DNA of 64,000 bases from Camelus dromedarius. Lineage: Eukaryota. Below, piece after piece: positions 25,135-38,230 of this stretch (positions are counted from its first letter, which is position 1; each line of letters begins with the position of its first letter). Below the pieces are notes generated by a model. The model saw only the letters and a list, made by a program, of their open reading frames with translations. It had not been told where the DNA came from and searched no databases. Both the position numbers and the translations under genes were made by a program. Location of the stretch: the NCBI RefSeq assembly GCF_036321535.1, contig NC_087447.1:57908001-57972000 (forward strand). The letters run 5' to 3'.

Positions 25135-25355
25135 GCTCTGAAGTTAAAAGCTAGAGCTCTGACATCAAATGGCCAAAGTTCAAATACTGGCCCCACCACT
25201 TTCTAACAGGACTCGAGGCCAGTTACTTAACCTCTCTGATGCTCCTTTGCTAAAGAGGTAATAATGCTCCTCTCAAAGGCTACTGTGAAGATTAAAATGA
25301 GAAAGTGCATGTGTTTAGCAGAGTACCTTGCACTTAGAGAGTACTGAATAAATCT
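25135..25355 (+). mobile_element. MIR SINE
   Basis: agctagagctctgac...gttcaaatactggcccc...agttacttaacctctctga...gtgaagattaaatgaga. Confidence 0.85.
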
Positions 25356-25499
25356 TCGTGAATGTGATCATTGCAAGTCAGAAGTGGCTTGTTCCTCTTA
25401 ATCTATGGAATGCCACTCTTCAAAACAGTTTGCATACAGGTGACACTTAAATTTCACAGAATTCTCTGTTGATATTGAGAAAGGCAAAAGAGTAGGGAT

Positions 25500-25720
25500 A
25501 GTGCAGTGCAGTGGTTATGTGTGCATGACCTGACTCCACTGGACTCTACTACTAAACTAGCCAGGTGACTTTGGACAAGTCACATAACCTCTTTAAGCCA
25601 CTGTTCCTCTTCTATAAAATAGAAATAGTAATATTACCTGTCCCATGTAAGGGAGATGCTGTAATACGCATAGCATATTGCTTAGCCCAATGTAAGATCT
25701 CAATAAATGTTAGCTAATAG
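25500..25720 (+). mobile_element. MIR SINE
   Basis: gtgcagtggttatg...gtgactttggacaagtcacataacctctttaagcc...ctcaataaatgttagcta. Confidence 0.8.
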
Positions 25721-27499
25721 TATGATAATAATTAGAAGAGAGGTCATACTTTGGGGCAAGGGAAAAGTAATGTAACAGTAACGCACTGGAAGGGGAAGTG
25801 CAATCCCCGCCAGCCTGAAACTAAACTTAAATGTAAAGGGTGGTGCTGGATCTGTGGAAACTGACTGGGACAGGAGCAGAAGTGAGCTTACAAACCTGCA
25901 GCTAGAACCTGGGCCTGGAGAGTTTTCCAGCTGGGCATGGGTTATTTAAATTTGGATACACACACACACACCCATTTGAACAAAGATAAAATTCTTGCAA
26001 CTCTATAGAACTGAAATAAAATGGAGTGTTGTTTGCAGAGTTGTGTATGCCTGCCCTCTGAGCCGGCCTCCTCAGATGGTGGAATGCCAAAGGTTTGTGC
26101 TTTCAAATAGGAACCTGGGATTTAACCCCTAACACCACCCAGCTGTGACTTTGTAGAGTCAAGGGCACATTGCCAAGGTGTTCAGTTTTATCAGCCAGTT
26201 AGTGGGTAACCATTTATTTGTGGGATAGGTTAGGTGTGGTTCCTACAGGCTTGGAACATCCTCTCTTCTATTTCTGACCCAAGGAATCCTTCTCATGCAC
26301 CAGAACCAGGGACAAATGTCACAAGATTCTGCCATCCTAGTTGAATGAATCAATCCTTTGAACCTCTTCAGCCCCCATGATGTATTCTTAATAATCCTTA
26401 AGCCTTTTCTTGGCATTGATTTCATCATGTCTTTATAGTTAGTTGTCACAGGATATCCCACGCCCCATCAATTTTAAAGCTCACCCAATTCAGGGACCCC
26501 TTTTTTCTTTTTGTGTTTCTTCTCATAACCTCCACCCTTCACCCAACCCCATCTCTCCCCCAAATGACTGTGCACCATAGGCACTCAATTAAAAGTCTGT
26601 TAAATTGCATCTCATAGCATACATGTTACAGAGAACAGCACTGTTGCCACTATGGAAAAGTAAAACAAAACAAAAACCAAAACTTTCTGGTGAAGACATG
26701 AGTTTGCCTTTAAACTATGTGGATTTATACTTCTTACCCACCAAAAATTGAAGATATTGCCGAAACGCTGTACAATTACATCTAGTGTGGTAATGTGGTT
26801 AGGGGACTTACAGCAGTAGGTATCAAATGTACAGCATTTAGAACATAATTTAGTCACAGTATTGAGTTACCACAGCAGGAATTTGGTTTTCTAAATAATT
26901 TGCAAATACTGAGTATCTTTTTAACTCATAGAAGTACAAAACTTTGACTTTCAATCAAACTGTGTTAGCAATCTCTCCACAGCTTTTAATGTCGCCTTGC
27001 ATTTCGACAGGGCTTTGTATTTCCCAGCGCTCTTTCACTTTGATTATCTTGTTTGATCTTTACATCAACTCTATGATGTAGGCAGGGCAGCTGTTAGTAC
27101 CTGCACTTTACAGATGAAGATAGAAGGGACTTGAGACGATCAGGTCCTAAGTTCGGGCCAAATGGCAAACTACTGACACAGCCAAGGTTGGAACCCAAGA
27201 ATCTATATACCAGAGAGATTTCTGATGTTTCTGAAGTTGTGGCATCATTATTTATGAACTTCTTGAGCAGTGATCTTATGCAGACATGTCTTTGTTTATA
27301 TTCACGTGTATATACTTTCATAGAGTTCCTTTTAAAAAGTAAAGAAAAACTTTTGTGGTGATCATCTCCCTCAGATATGTACATGTAATAATCATAACTT
27401 ATTACTTTAATCTGTACATACCAACATGCATTCCAACATTAATTATTCTTTTAAAAATATGTTTACTCTATCAATGTTTTAGAACAAATTTTCTTACTT

Positions 27500-27790
27500 T
27501 AATATGTAAAGAAATATCATGATACTTATAGAAGACCTCCATTTAAATGAGATATCTAGAATAGTCAAATATAAAAAGACAAAGTAAAATAATGTTTACC
27601 GGGGACTGGGTGGAAAGGGTAAAAAGAAGTTATTGGATACAGAGTTTCATTTTGGGATGCTGAAAAAATTCTGGAGATGGATGATGGTGATGGTTGCAGA
27701 ATAGTGTGAATGCACTTAAAGCCACAGAACTGTACAATAAAAATGGCTAAAATGGTCGATTTTAGGTTATGTATATTTTACGATAAAAAG
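27500..27790 (+). mobile_element. Old L1 3' end (L1MB/ME-like)
   Basis: ccatttaaatgagatatctagaatagtcaaat...ctggagatggatgatggtgatggttgcagaatagtgtgaatgcacttaa. Confidence 0.8.
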
Positions 27791-28349
27791 GAGAAAACTA
27801 TCTTGTTTTATTGATATGAGATTCCCTCTAGTAGAAGAAGGCTAGTTATAAGATAACTCATACCTTTTTCGTTTACTTTGTTTTTTTTAAAATTCACCTT
27901 ACTTAAGAGCCCCTATACACTTGCTGAGGAGAAGACAGTAATTTGTAGGGAGCCCTACTAACCTGTTTTTTTTTTTAAATCTAAAATGAGGGTGAGATCC
28001 TAGTAGATCTTGTATAGCTACTACTGAGTGCTTCCTACCTGCCAGGTATCAGCTAAATGCTTTTACCTATTATTTCATGCAATCATCTGAGCAGCTTTAA
28101 ATGGTAACAGATGAAAAACTGAGTGATATGAAGGTTAAGTTACTTGCCCAGGGCTACACAGCCAAACATCTTCTCAAAAGGCTATCAGAACTCTGAGGCT
28201 GACTCCCCAGGAGGTCGCAGAATCTCCCTTCAAGCTGCAGTGGTCTGGGTTCTGCAGTTGGACTAAAGGAGGGTAATTTCCCCAAGTATTCCTTAGGACA
28301 CTACTTCCTCTGTGCTGTGATGACTGTCACTTTCTCCTTACAGAATCAC

Positions 28350-28645
28350 CATGACCAAAATGGTAGCTGCTAGCCACGTGTGGCTGTTGAGTACTAGAAA
28401 TGTGGCTAGTCTGGATTGAGATGTACTCTAAGTAGGTCTCAAAAAAAAAAAAAAAAAAAAAAAAGTAAAATATCTCATCAATAATTTCTGTAATGATTAC
28501 ATGTTGAAAAGATAATATTTTGGACATACTGAATTAAATACATTATCAAATTGATTTAATCTGTTTGTTTTTACTTGTTTTTACTGTAGCTACTAGAAAT
28601 TTTTAAATTAAATATGTGGTTCTCATTCTATTTCTACTGGACAAG
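28350..28645. mobile_element. MER33-type hAT-Charlie MITE
   Basis: ggtagctgctagccacgtgtggctgttgagtactagaaatgtggctagt...gattacatgttgaaa...tagctactagaaatttttaaatt...tctactggaca. Confidence 0.85.
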
Positions 28646-28863
28646 GTTGCCTGGGTCACATTCTCTATCTCAGTTTTCCCCTGGGAGGTGGGGAGTAACC
28701 TTTGTTTCCTGATGGCTTGGCAGGAAGTTATCCCTTCACCTCCTTCCCACCATTGTGTTATGTCCAGAGAGGGCTTTTGACTTAATACATATAGGACAGG
28801 AGAGACATATGGAAAGAGCTTACCTTTGTGGTCATCACTCAGCTTTAGAATTCAAAGCACGTA

Positions 28864-28953
28864 GGGGGAGGGTATAGCTTAGTGGGAGAATGCGTGCTTA
28901 GCATACATGAGGTCCTGGGTTCAATCCCAAGTACCTCTGTTTTAAAAAAAAAA
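28864..28953 (+). mobile_element. tRNA-Ala-derived SINE (camelid vic-1-like), short form
   Basis: Has an A-box (tagcttagtgg), a B-box (ggttcaatccc), a TTAGCAT anticodon-loop relic and an A tail. TSD agaattcaaagcac-gta / agaattcaaagaacagta. Confidence 0.9.
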
Positions 28954-29962
28954 GAATTCAAAGAACAGTAATTACAAAATGTTGTCATTACTACTGACTG
29001 GGGGTCTTGGCCCCTATTTCTTTTCAAGTACAGAAGTATCTTGATTAATTATACACTTCAATAATGCAATGTCCGTTTAAAATGAAACATAATCCTGTTC
29101 CATCCCTTGTTTATTCAGTTGCTCATTCATTCCTTCACGTACTCATTTCATATTACAAATATTTATTGAGTGACCATTATGTACATGGTATATCGCTCTA
29201 TGAGGAATTCAGAGATGAACCAGATTAGTGTCTGTTGCTAACTCTTTCTCAAAAATATATTAGTTTATTTCCTTGCTTTTTATACTGAACATCACAGACA
29301 GCGTGATATAATTTAAAAAAAAAAAAAAAAAAAAGCCCTGGACCAGGGGTCATAAGGCCCAGAATCTAGTCCTAATTTTATGAGCTATGTGAAATAAGCA
29401 GTTCTCTCCAAATCCAAATCTCAGGTTTTTCACTTATAAAATTAGAAAGGATAAAAATATCCACTTTGCCTACTGTGAAAATAAGATAATGGAAATGGTA
29501 ATCCACAAACTACTATTTCTTACTTATTAAAAGACACTGCATTGGAAGCCAGGAGATTTGGACCCTAATAACAACACATTGTGTGGTTTTAACCTCTCAA
29601 GCCTCAGTGTCCGTATGTCTAAAATTAAGAGGTTAGGCTGCACAGATTCTAAGATCTCTTCCAGCTCAAAATCCCAGGTTTTAAGAGTTTCTGATTTTAA
29701 AGTAGTCATTCTCTGAAGATCAGCATTTAAGTTTACCAAAGTCATAATTACCACATCAATGCTCTAGCCACAGATCTTATAGAATTTAAAAGTATGAAAC
29801 ACTCACTAGAAGTTTCCCTGGAAATTGTGCTTGTTTGCAGAAAAATTTCTGCTTCAGCTTTCCTTTTCTTTTCTTTTCTTTTCTTTTTTTACAGTGTTTT
29901 ATCCTCTGCATTTTTAAAAAGACAAATGGAAGAGGAAAAAAAGTAAAGAAACTAAAAACAAC

Positions 29963-30398
29963 TGTTTCAATTACCTACTGGTGTATAGCAAACCACTCCA
30001 AAACACAGTGGTTAAAACAATGACTTGTTACTTCTCATGACTCTGTGGGTTGGACAGTTTTGCTGCTGCTCACTCACTGCTTGGGTTTCTTAAACAGCTA
30101 CAGTCGCCCGAGAGCTCAGCTGAGGCTGGAACATCCAAGATGGCCACTCATCCTCTGGAACCGCTCTCCACATGGCCTCTCCTCATCCAATAATCTAAGC
30201 CCAAGCCTCACAACTGGCAGCTGAAGCCCAACCATTACAGGAGACAAACCCCCATGTGTAAGTATTTGTGTCGTGCTTGGTAATGCTCTCTGGCCAAAGC
30301 AAGTTTTGTGGCCAAGTTCAGAGTCAACATGGGGGATCCTGAATATCTATCTGGAGGCAAGTCTCATCAAGGACCACCAATGCAACAGTCTACCACTA
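29963..30398 (-). mobile_element. MLT1-type MaLR solo LTR
   Basis: tgtttcaattacctactggtgtatagcaaaccactccaaaacacagtggttaaaacaa...ggccaaagcaag...accac. Confidence 0.8.
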
Positions 30399-30729
30399 CA
30401 ACTTCCATTCAACTGAGTTCTAGATCTTACCCCCATCTCTCAAGCTTCTGCATAAATCATTTTATTCTTTACTTCTGTGCCTTGTGCATACTTTTATTTC
30501 TGCATATGTCACACTCCACTTTAATCATCAGTTTATATTTCAATCCTCCCTCGCCAAATTGGGAGGTTCTGGGCAGGGAGAAGGGAGTGTCTCATCCCCC
30601 TCTGAATGTCAAGAATCTATCAAAATGTCTCCACACAGGAGATACTTAATAACATTGAACCATCGACTGAGTTTTTTGGAACTTCACCAAATGTAAAGGG
30701 TAGAGCATTCCAGTTCAGATTGCACAAAG

Positions 30730-31083
30730 GCAAGTATTCCTAACCTAGGTTATTTCCACTAACCTCTATCTGAAATTTACCACTTCTTTCAATTATAAAT
30801 GTGAGCAACAAACCACAGTAGTATTATCAGTAGGTGTGTGAGTTTATCATCAACAGAAACCCCAAATTTTTTATATCACATTACAGTTGACTTGTTATAA
30901 ATACAGTAAATATTACACATATAAAAATAATTTTTAAGTAATTTGAACAATCTATTTTAATATAGTTAGTTTTCTTTGTAGTCCCAGGTATTTTATTTTA
31001 TTCCATTTAAAAATATTATTCTGAGGAGTACATGGGCTTCTGCCCAGGCTGTCCATGGCAAAGAAAAAGTAAAGAGCCTCTGG
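30730..31083. mobile_element. hAT-Charlie-type DNA transposon terminal fragment
   Basis: catttaaaaatattattctgagg...gtccatggcaaagaaaaagtaaagagcctctg resembles a Charlie terminus. Subfamily not determined. Confidence 0.6.
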
Positions 31084-31130
31084 TTAGAATCAGCCCCTGA
31101 CTAGGGAGACATTAATACCCTCCCCTCATC

Positions 31131-31290
31131 CCACTAGAGCCACATCAGTTACCTTGTTAGAAAAGCAAATTCTCAGACTCTACCACAGATCTTCTAAATC
31201 AGAAACTCTGGAGGTGGGGCCCAGCAATCTGTGCTTCTAAAGCCTTCCAGGTGATTCTGATACGTCCTTTTGAGAGTCTGCAAACCACTG
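31131..31290. mobile_element. MER5A hAT MITE
   Basis: ttgttagaaaagcaaattctcag...tcagaaactctggaggtggggcccagcaatctgtg...ccaggtgattctga. Confidence 0.85.
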
Positions 31291-31328
31291 AACAAGGGAA
31301 AACAGGAGTGAGTTAAAACCAAGCTATA

Positions 31329-31482
31329 GTGGAGAGGGTACAGCTCAAGTGGCAGAGCACATGCTTAACGTGCATGAGGTCCTGGGTTTAATCCCCCAGT
31401 ACCTCCATTTAAAAAAATAATAATTAAATAAAAATAAGCCTAACTACCTCCTCCCCCCCCAAAAAAATTACAAAAACAAAAC
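31329..31482 (+). mobile_element. tRNA-Ala-derived SINE (vic-1-like), long form with taactacctcc-C-rich tail
   Basis: Has A/B boxes. TSD aaaaccaagctata (31315-31328) vs aaaactgagttata (31483-31496). Confidence 0.9.
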
Positions 31483-31827
31483 AAAACTGAGTTATACAAG
31501 GGTAGGTAAAGACCATATAATCAATCAGTATAAATATTGAAAGACATCTCCAATTTCCCTAGCACTAGGGAAAAGTACTGTAGGAAAATATTCTACTATA
31601 TATAAATGCGAGTGATTATAATGCAGATGTATATCTATATAAAATGACTTTAGGCTTTATACTTAAGATCAGTGCACCTTACTATATGCATGTTATACAT
31701 CAATTTAAAAAAAAAGTATACATAAGAATGTAAAGCATATTCCCTGCCTTCAAGGAACTTTCCATTCACTTCTTTTTTTTCAGACTTTACCAAAGGTCCC
31801 CTGGAGGAAAAAATTGCCCCTGATTAA

Positions 31828-32038
31828 ATCTTTTTTGTTTTTTTAATTGATGTATAACATATTCATATTCTTTTTCATTATAGGCCACTACAAGGTACTG
31901 AATATAGATCCCTGTGCTATACAGTAGGACCTTGCTGTTTATCTACTTTATATATAGGAGTTAATATCCGCAAACCCCAATCTATTTCTCCCCACTTCTT
32001 CCCCCCAAACCCCCCCTCTGTAACCATAAGTTTGTGAC
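31828..32038 (-). mobile_element. Cetartiodactyl-type L1 3' UTR fragment
   Basis: Poly-T followed by gaatatagatccctgtgctatacagtaggaccttgctgtttatc...gtaaccataagtttg. Confidence 0.85.
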
Positions 32039-32049
32039 ACTTAAGGACA

Positions 32050-32176
32050 GTGGGGGTATAGCTTAGTGTAGAGCATGTGCTTAGCATGTGTGAGACCCTG
32101 GGTTCAGTCCCCAGTACCTCCATTAAAATAAACAGATAGATAGGTAGGTAGGTAGGTAGATAGACAGATAGATAGG
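32050..32176 (+). mobile_element. tRNA-Ala-derived SINE with (GATA/GGTA)n tail
   Basis: gggggtatagcttagtgtagagcatgtgcttagcat...gggttcagtccccagtacctccattaaaataaa followed by a tetranucleotide repeat. Confidence 0.88.
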
Positions 32177-32391
32177 TGTTATAGTGGTGAGCATATCTGC
32201 CTTCCGTTCACTTTTGAAGTCAATGTACTCAATCATTTGTTGAGCACCAGTGAGCTGGATGGTCAGTGAATGAGCCAGGCATGAAATCTGTCCTCAAGAA
32301 TTCCTCATTCTAGTAGGGGAGTCAGAAAATAAACAGCAATTATGAAACAGTGATAATGTCCATTATAATTATAATAAGTACCACTAAATAA

Positions 32392-32560
32392 TTACCATAT
32401 TTCATTGATTCTAAGATGCATTTTTATAGCTTAACATTTCTGAAATAGAAATCTCTCACATTCTATAGTTGCCAGTTTAATTAGATGGGTTTTCCTAATA
32501 GTACATAAAATGATGGTGCATCTTCAGTTGATGGCATTCTTAGATTTTGTGTAATTTGAT
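32392..32560. mobile_element. MER104-type TcMar-Tc2 MITE
   Basis: ccatatttcattgattctaagatgca...gtacataaaatgatggtgcatcttcagttgatggcattcttagatt. Confidence 0.8.
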
Positions 32561-32639
32561 AAATTCTAAACTATTAAGTATCATAGGAGTTCAAGGATAA
32601 GTAGATTTAGAAGCATTCTAAGAGTCGGAAAAGGCTTCA

Positions 32640-32998
32640 GAAAGAAACCAGATTTCTGGCTACCAGAGGTGGGGTGTTGGGGGTGGGGGGGAACTGGATG
32701 AAGGTGGTCAAAATGTACAAACTTCCAGTTAGAAGATAAACAAGTACTAGGGATGTAATGTACAACATGATTAATATAATTAACATGGCTGTATGTTGTG
32801 TGTAAAAGCTGTTAAGAGAGTAAATCCTAAGAATTCTTATCACAAGAGGAAAATACTTTTTTCTTTTGCATCTATATGAGACGATAGATGCTCACTGAAC
32901 TTACTGTGGTTATCATTTCATGATGTATGTAAAGCAAATCATTCTGCTGTACAACTTAAACTTACACAGTGCTGTATGTCAATTATACCTCAATAAAA
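32640..32998 (+). mobile_element. L1 3' end
   Basis: gtcaaaatgtacaaacttccagtt...ctagggatgtaatgtacaacatg...gtatgtcaattatacctcaataaaact. Confidence 0.9.
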
Positions 32999-35900
32999 CT
33001 AGAGAAAAGCAACAACAGCAAGACAAAGGGCTTCAAGGGCAAGGAGACTTGGGCCAGGTTGAAGGAAGAGCAGAATTTTAAAGAGAGGAGGGACACCATG
33101 GGTAATTGGAAGTGAAGCACCCAAGGGGGTGTGATGAGAGCCACGGGTCTGGGTGGGACAGAGAAGGGGAAGTGTCAGGAAGCAAAGGGAGCTCAGTGGC
33201 TAATAAGCTGAAATCGGATTATAAAAGGCCTAGAAAATGGAGCAGATGATGCAGTTAAAAATAAGGAGCAACTAAAGATTTCTGAGCAGGAGAACAAAAG
33301 GTTAAGCCCAACTTCAGTATGTGGAATGGACTCGGCAACAGGGACCATATGTACCTGTCTGTTTTCAAATTTGGTCAACATTGAGTTTAAAAGAAAGAGA
33401 CACTGACTCAGGGAGGTTATGAGCTCATGGCAGAGCCATGGCAAACACGAGGGTACTGGACACACAGGAGCATGCAGTAGAGACAAATGAGACCACTCTA
33501 GACTACTGCTGAAACCAGAGCCAGCAGCGCCAGCGTTGGGCTGCTGACCATTTTCCCCTCCCCACTTGGGCCTCATGGGGGAGCCTCAGGTGCTCAAAGA
33601 CTTGTTTGTCAGCTTTTTAAGAGGTCTCACAGTCGTCTAAAATTCATTCATTTAATCCTTACCTCATCCATGTAAGGCAGGTGTTACCATTTCCATTTTA
33701 CAGGTAAGGAGAGTTGGGATTCACACCCTCTTCTGTCTCCTCTCAAAGTCTATGCTTTCAACTAGTACTCTCTGTGAGTCTCAACAGTAACCAGAAGGTC
33801 AGATCAATAGTTTCAGATCCCCAGTTATGGAGTCTGGAATCAGTACTAATACAGCTCGGGTCCGGTATGTCCCCACGTGCCCATCAAATTATACCCTTGT
33901 CCCTGGCCCCTGTCATGCTTGCCTCTCTGTAAGACTGGACCTTACCGTAGCTTTTTGCTTTGTACTTTAGTTACCCTGCCAGGCAGAGCCTGCCCTAAAT
34001 CCCTGACCCCTTGACCCCCTCTGCCCGTCTTCTCCTCCCAGTAGTGATTTTGCTGCAAACTAGATAAACCCCTGCAACCACCCCAACCTTGTTTCCTGCC
34101 TGGATCTCAGCACCACCGCTGTCTGGAAACGCTGCTGCTGAGCCCCAGTCCCTGACATCTGATTTCCCCCTATGAGGTCAGGGGGTGTCTAAAGCTCCAA
34201 CCTAGAAACCAGAGCTGGGCTCAGGCTGAGACAGAGCTGGTGAGTATCTGTGGAATGCAGAGGTGAGACGGGATCCAAGGAGAGCAACTAGGGATGAAGG
34301 CAAGTCGGAGAGCCAAGAATCAGGCCAAATAAGTATCAACCCAGAGGAACCTGGCAGAACCAGCCAGGACAGAGGAGAACTGTAACCAGAGCCAGTATTA
34401 AGGAGCCAAGGGGTGCAGAAGGGAGGATGGAGGTGAAAGCACAATTTTCCCAGCACTTAAATGTGGAGACAGGGCTTCTGATAGGGGCTCCAAGTGTAGG
34501 GAGGATGGATAAAGTGGCTAAACTGGTGCAGACACCCTGCACTGACCTGCTGCTGGCTCTAAGGCCCCAGGGCACTGTCAAGGACTGTTGGCTACTCTGA
34601 TCATAACCCAGCCCCATCCCAGCCTCTTTTGTCTCTCCATCCTCATTCATTCATTCACTTATTCAATTAAACATTTGACCCTCCACTAACATATGAATGA
34701 GCTCTATGCAGGCAGAAACAAACATTATCTTTTTTTTTTTTCTTTTTCATTTTAGGGCCTAAAGCCCAAAACAATGTCGGGCACATAGTAAGTCCTACCT
34801 ATCAATCAGCTGAATGAATGAATAACTGATGAATGTTTGGAAAATGTATTGAATTCTAGAGTATCTTCTGAGTTGTGACAATAACCTTACATAGAGTACC
34901 AAGCACTTGTTGCCTGCTGATATTCATCAACAATAAAATTAGAGATTTGAATAGGCTAGCAGTTATTAGCACATATAGTCTTTAGTCAGTCACTTCATGC
35001 ATTAAGATCATTTGAAAATTTCTGAGACAAGAAATGGCATGGGGACTTGAGACAAGGTAAAAATATACTTTAATTAGGTTTTAGAACATCTAAAACAAAA
35101 CTATTTTTTCTTTTTTTTAAATTTCAAAACTAATTTATGATCAATATTAACAATGCTACTAAGCATTTGCCACTGGTTTCAAAAGAAATTTGCCAAAAAT
35201 TATACAGTCAACATTGTAGGCAAAAAATTATGTAGTTTGAACATAAAATTTTCTAGATTTGAAGAGAGTTCCAAAAGGAAAATATTGATGCAAAGCTTTG
35301 CAATTTTACTTTAGATTACTTCTTAGGGCACTAGATCAAATGACACTCAAAAGTTTTCAAGATGCACGTAAACTCCACATAAGCCCCAAATTATCTTCGC
35401 GCTGACTGCAGGATGCTGTGGTTAGTCAGGTCGAAGCTCTGACAGCCATCTTCATGTTCAGAGTAAACAAATGACGATTCTGGGACTTGCAAAGAAACCA
35501 TGGCAAGCCCTGAGCAGGGCTTTAACTTTGAATTAAAGCAAACCACAAGCCACCAAACTGCTTACCATGAACATGTTTACATTTTGTCTGATGGAGGGTG
35601 AGTGAAAGAGTCTGAGTGACTTATAGAGCTGCTGCCCACGGTGTGGTCAAAGCAGCCTCACAGTGTCAAGGGGAAGAGGACTGGAGGAAATGAAATGAGA
35701 GGACCCAGCCACACACAGCCAGAGGCTCAGAGGATCCAAGGCAAACTTGAGCTTGTGTTGGGCAGGTGTTACCATCTGTTGGGTATGTGAGTAGAGAGAA
35801 GGGACACAAAAAAAGTAACAGGTGTCATTCAGAGTGAACTAGGGTCTACAGAAGATTGCCTAAAGTCTGGTTTATAATCATGAAAGTGTCAGTCTGAATA

Positions 35901-36859
35901 TGAGGAATGGTTTACAGAATTTTGTTAAAGATTTCTCACTAAATATCATACTGTCTTGGGGTAGAATGGATTGCACTGAGTAGCGAACGGAGAAAATGTT
36001 ACAACCATCAGCGAGAACTGGCAAGGGTACATTTCAATAACCTAACTCTTGCTAAATTCTGCCATTCTAAGTAAGATAAAGCAGTTGAAGCAGAAGCAGC
36101 TATTCCCCCTCCACACTGGGTAATTAAATGGGAGTAAAGGAGCCAATAGGAAGTAAGCTCCTTGCTCACTAGGGACGCAGGCTAAGAGGAGCAGGGGAAA
36201 GAGGGAGTGGAGAGGATTACAAGAATTCAAAGCCATGACCACAGATCAGGGCTCCTGTGGTCTATGTAACATCTACCCTATGCAGACAACTCCCTCAGTA
36301 TCTAACCCATTCTTTCTGCTCTGCCCAGAGCCTTGGCAGAGACTGGGGGAGCCGAGATGAGATCTGGGACATGTCAAATCATGAGTGCTACTGTCTTCCA
36401 CATCCATCCGTAGGGAAAGGATGCCTGGACCATTAGGTATGCCATCCTGGGTTGAGAGGTTAGAGAATGAACTTTGCATTCGTTAGTGCCACTTCCTCCT
36501 TTGTTCACTATGTCTATTACATAGCTTATTTACTTTTTGAAGTGCCTAATGCAGGTGTGAAACTCCAAAGAACGATGAGGGTGAGTGATAAAGGAAAGGG
36601 AGCATTCCTCTTGCTAGTTCCTAGAAGCTGTTTTGCAACATGGAGGAATGCTTTGTGTGTCCAGGCAACTGGATCATCCACAGCAGAGCCCTAACTGGGG
36701 AATGGGTGGGTGAGAAAAGAGCTGAGTGCATGACCTCTAGCCAAGTTGTCTGGGGTCTGGAGCAGGGCTCAGCCTAAGCCAGAAACTAAAATGTTCCACA
36801 AGGAAACTGAGGCAGAAGCCCAACTGTATGAATTTTGGCAACACCAGGAGATTAAAGAA

Positions 36860-37150
36860 ATGGTGCTCAGAGCCCAAGAAATAAGAACTGGAATTCAGAC
36901 TGTCATCTCCTGTTAATGCAACCCTTGACAAGTGTCTTAACTTCGCTAAGACTCTGTTTCCTCATGTATAAAATGGGGATAATAATCATCTCAGGTATAT
37001 TGTGAGAATTATACTATATAAAGTATATAGGCTCAAAATAAACACTTCTTTCCCAGTAGACTGTAAGCTCCCTGAAAGCAAAGAATGAATCTTAGCAGCA
37101 GAGCAGAGGCTACATAGAGTGCCTAATAAGTGTTTACTAATAAATGAAAA
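36860..37150 (+). mobile_element. MIR SINE
   Basis: cccttgacaagtgtcttaacttc...ctgtttcctcatgtataaaatggggataataat...gtgagaatta. Confidence 0.8.
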
Positions 37151-37224
37151 AACAGCCAACATAGTCCAGACCCTACCCCCAGGTGAGGCCGAGGTCACTA
37201 ATCTACAAACTGTCTCATTCTTAC

Positions 37225-37370
37225 TACTCAAAGTGGCTGCTGACGTCACCTAGGAACTTCTTAGAAACACAGGATATTTGACCCCACCCCAGACCTAATG
37301 AATCAGAAGATCCATTTTGGCCCAATCGTCAGGAGATCTGCCCACACATTATGTTTGGAGAAGTACTGCT
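37225..37370. mobile_element. MER5-type hAT MITE
   Basis: cgtcacctaggaacttcttagaaa...ccccaccccagacctaatgaatcagaa...gtttggagaagtactgct. Confidence 0.75.
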
Positions 37371-38230
37371 TAGTTAGGAGCCCTGGAGGAAAGAGAAGGC
37401 CTGAGTCTCCTGGTGGGTGGCATCTAGTGGCTCCAGCTGGGAGGGATTGGGGACGGTAGAATCTGTCAGGTAGAGTCCAAAGTGGTTTTTTAAATTGTGA
37501 CCACTGTCTGTGGGGGTTGGGCAGACAGACGGCCAGGCTGCCCTGCATCAGAGGAGCTGGGACCACAGGCTGGCTGGGTAGGGGCAGTCTGCAGATTGCA
37601 TGGAGGTGTGAGCAAAAGTTGCCTTTCAGAGCCTCAGTCTGGGCTCAAAGGCAATGCCCAGAGGTCAAGCAGGCAAGAAGTCAAGTTCAGGGGTTATCAG
37701 GTGAGAGAAGCCAAATCTGGTTATGCTGGTCCCAAGAGCCAGAGTCCAGAGAACAGAAAGCAGATGATTCTACTAATACTTACTGAGCCATTTACAGGCA
37801 AGACAGAGACTGATTCTCCTCCTAGGAAAGGCTGCTCCTTGTTCTGGGCCTCAGCCCCTTGAGGGTGTAGGTGGGTGTGTCTTTGTAGTTCTGTGTCTGT
37901 AGTCCATCCGAGGGGGCTCAGTGTCACAATGAAGGCAGGTATGAGGCTTGCTGGAAGGTTTCTCTGTCCTGCTGACTTAAAGAGACACCAGTGAAGGTGG
38001 GAAAGTGAAAATTTCAGAGACTATTTTTGAAGTTGCTGTGAAAAAATGGGCAAAAATTCCCAGGGCCTTTGCTCACACCGAAACCCTGTGTGTTTTCGGT
38101 CAGGGATGGGCTGCCCCTCAGGTAATAATAAGCCAATGCCCCCAGTAACCCAGACAGCATTCTCTGAGGGGATGGGGGCGGGCAGCACAGAATCCTACTA
38201 TCAGAGGAGAGGACCTGGTGACTTTCAATC

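Noticed and set aside
28864-28937. tRNA-Ala-like genes (four copies)
   Set aside because: Divergent stems, A-rich tails and TSDs show they are SINEs, not functional tRNA genes.
37418-37432. CTCF-like CCACTAGATGCCAC on the - strand
   Set aside because: Mismatch at a highly conserved G of the GGC core. Too weak without binding data.
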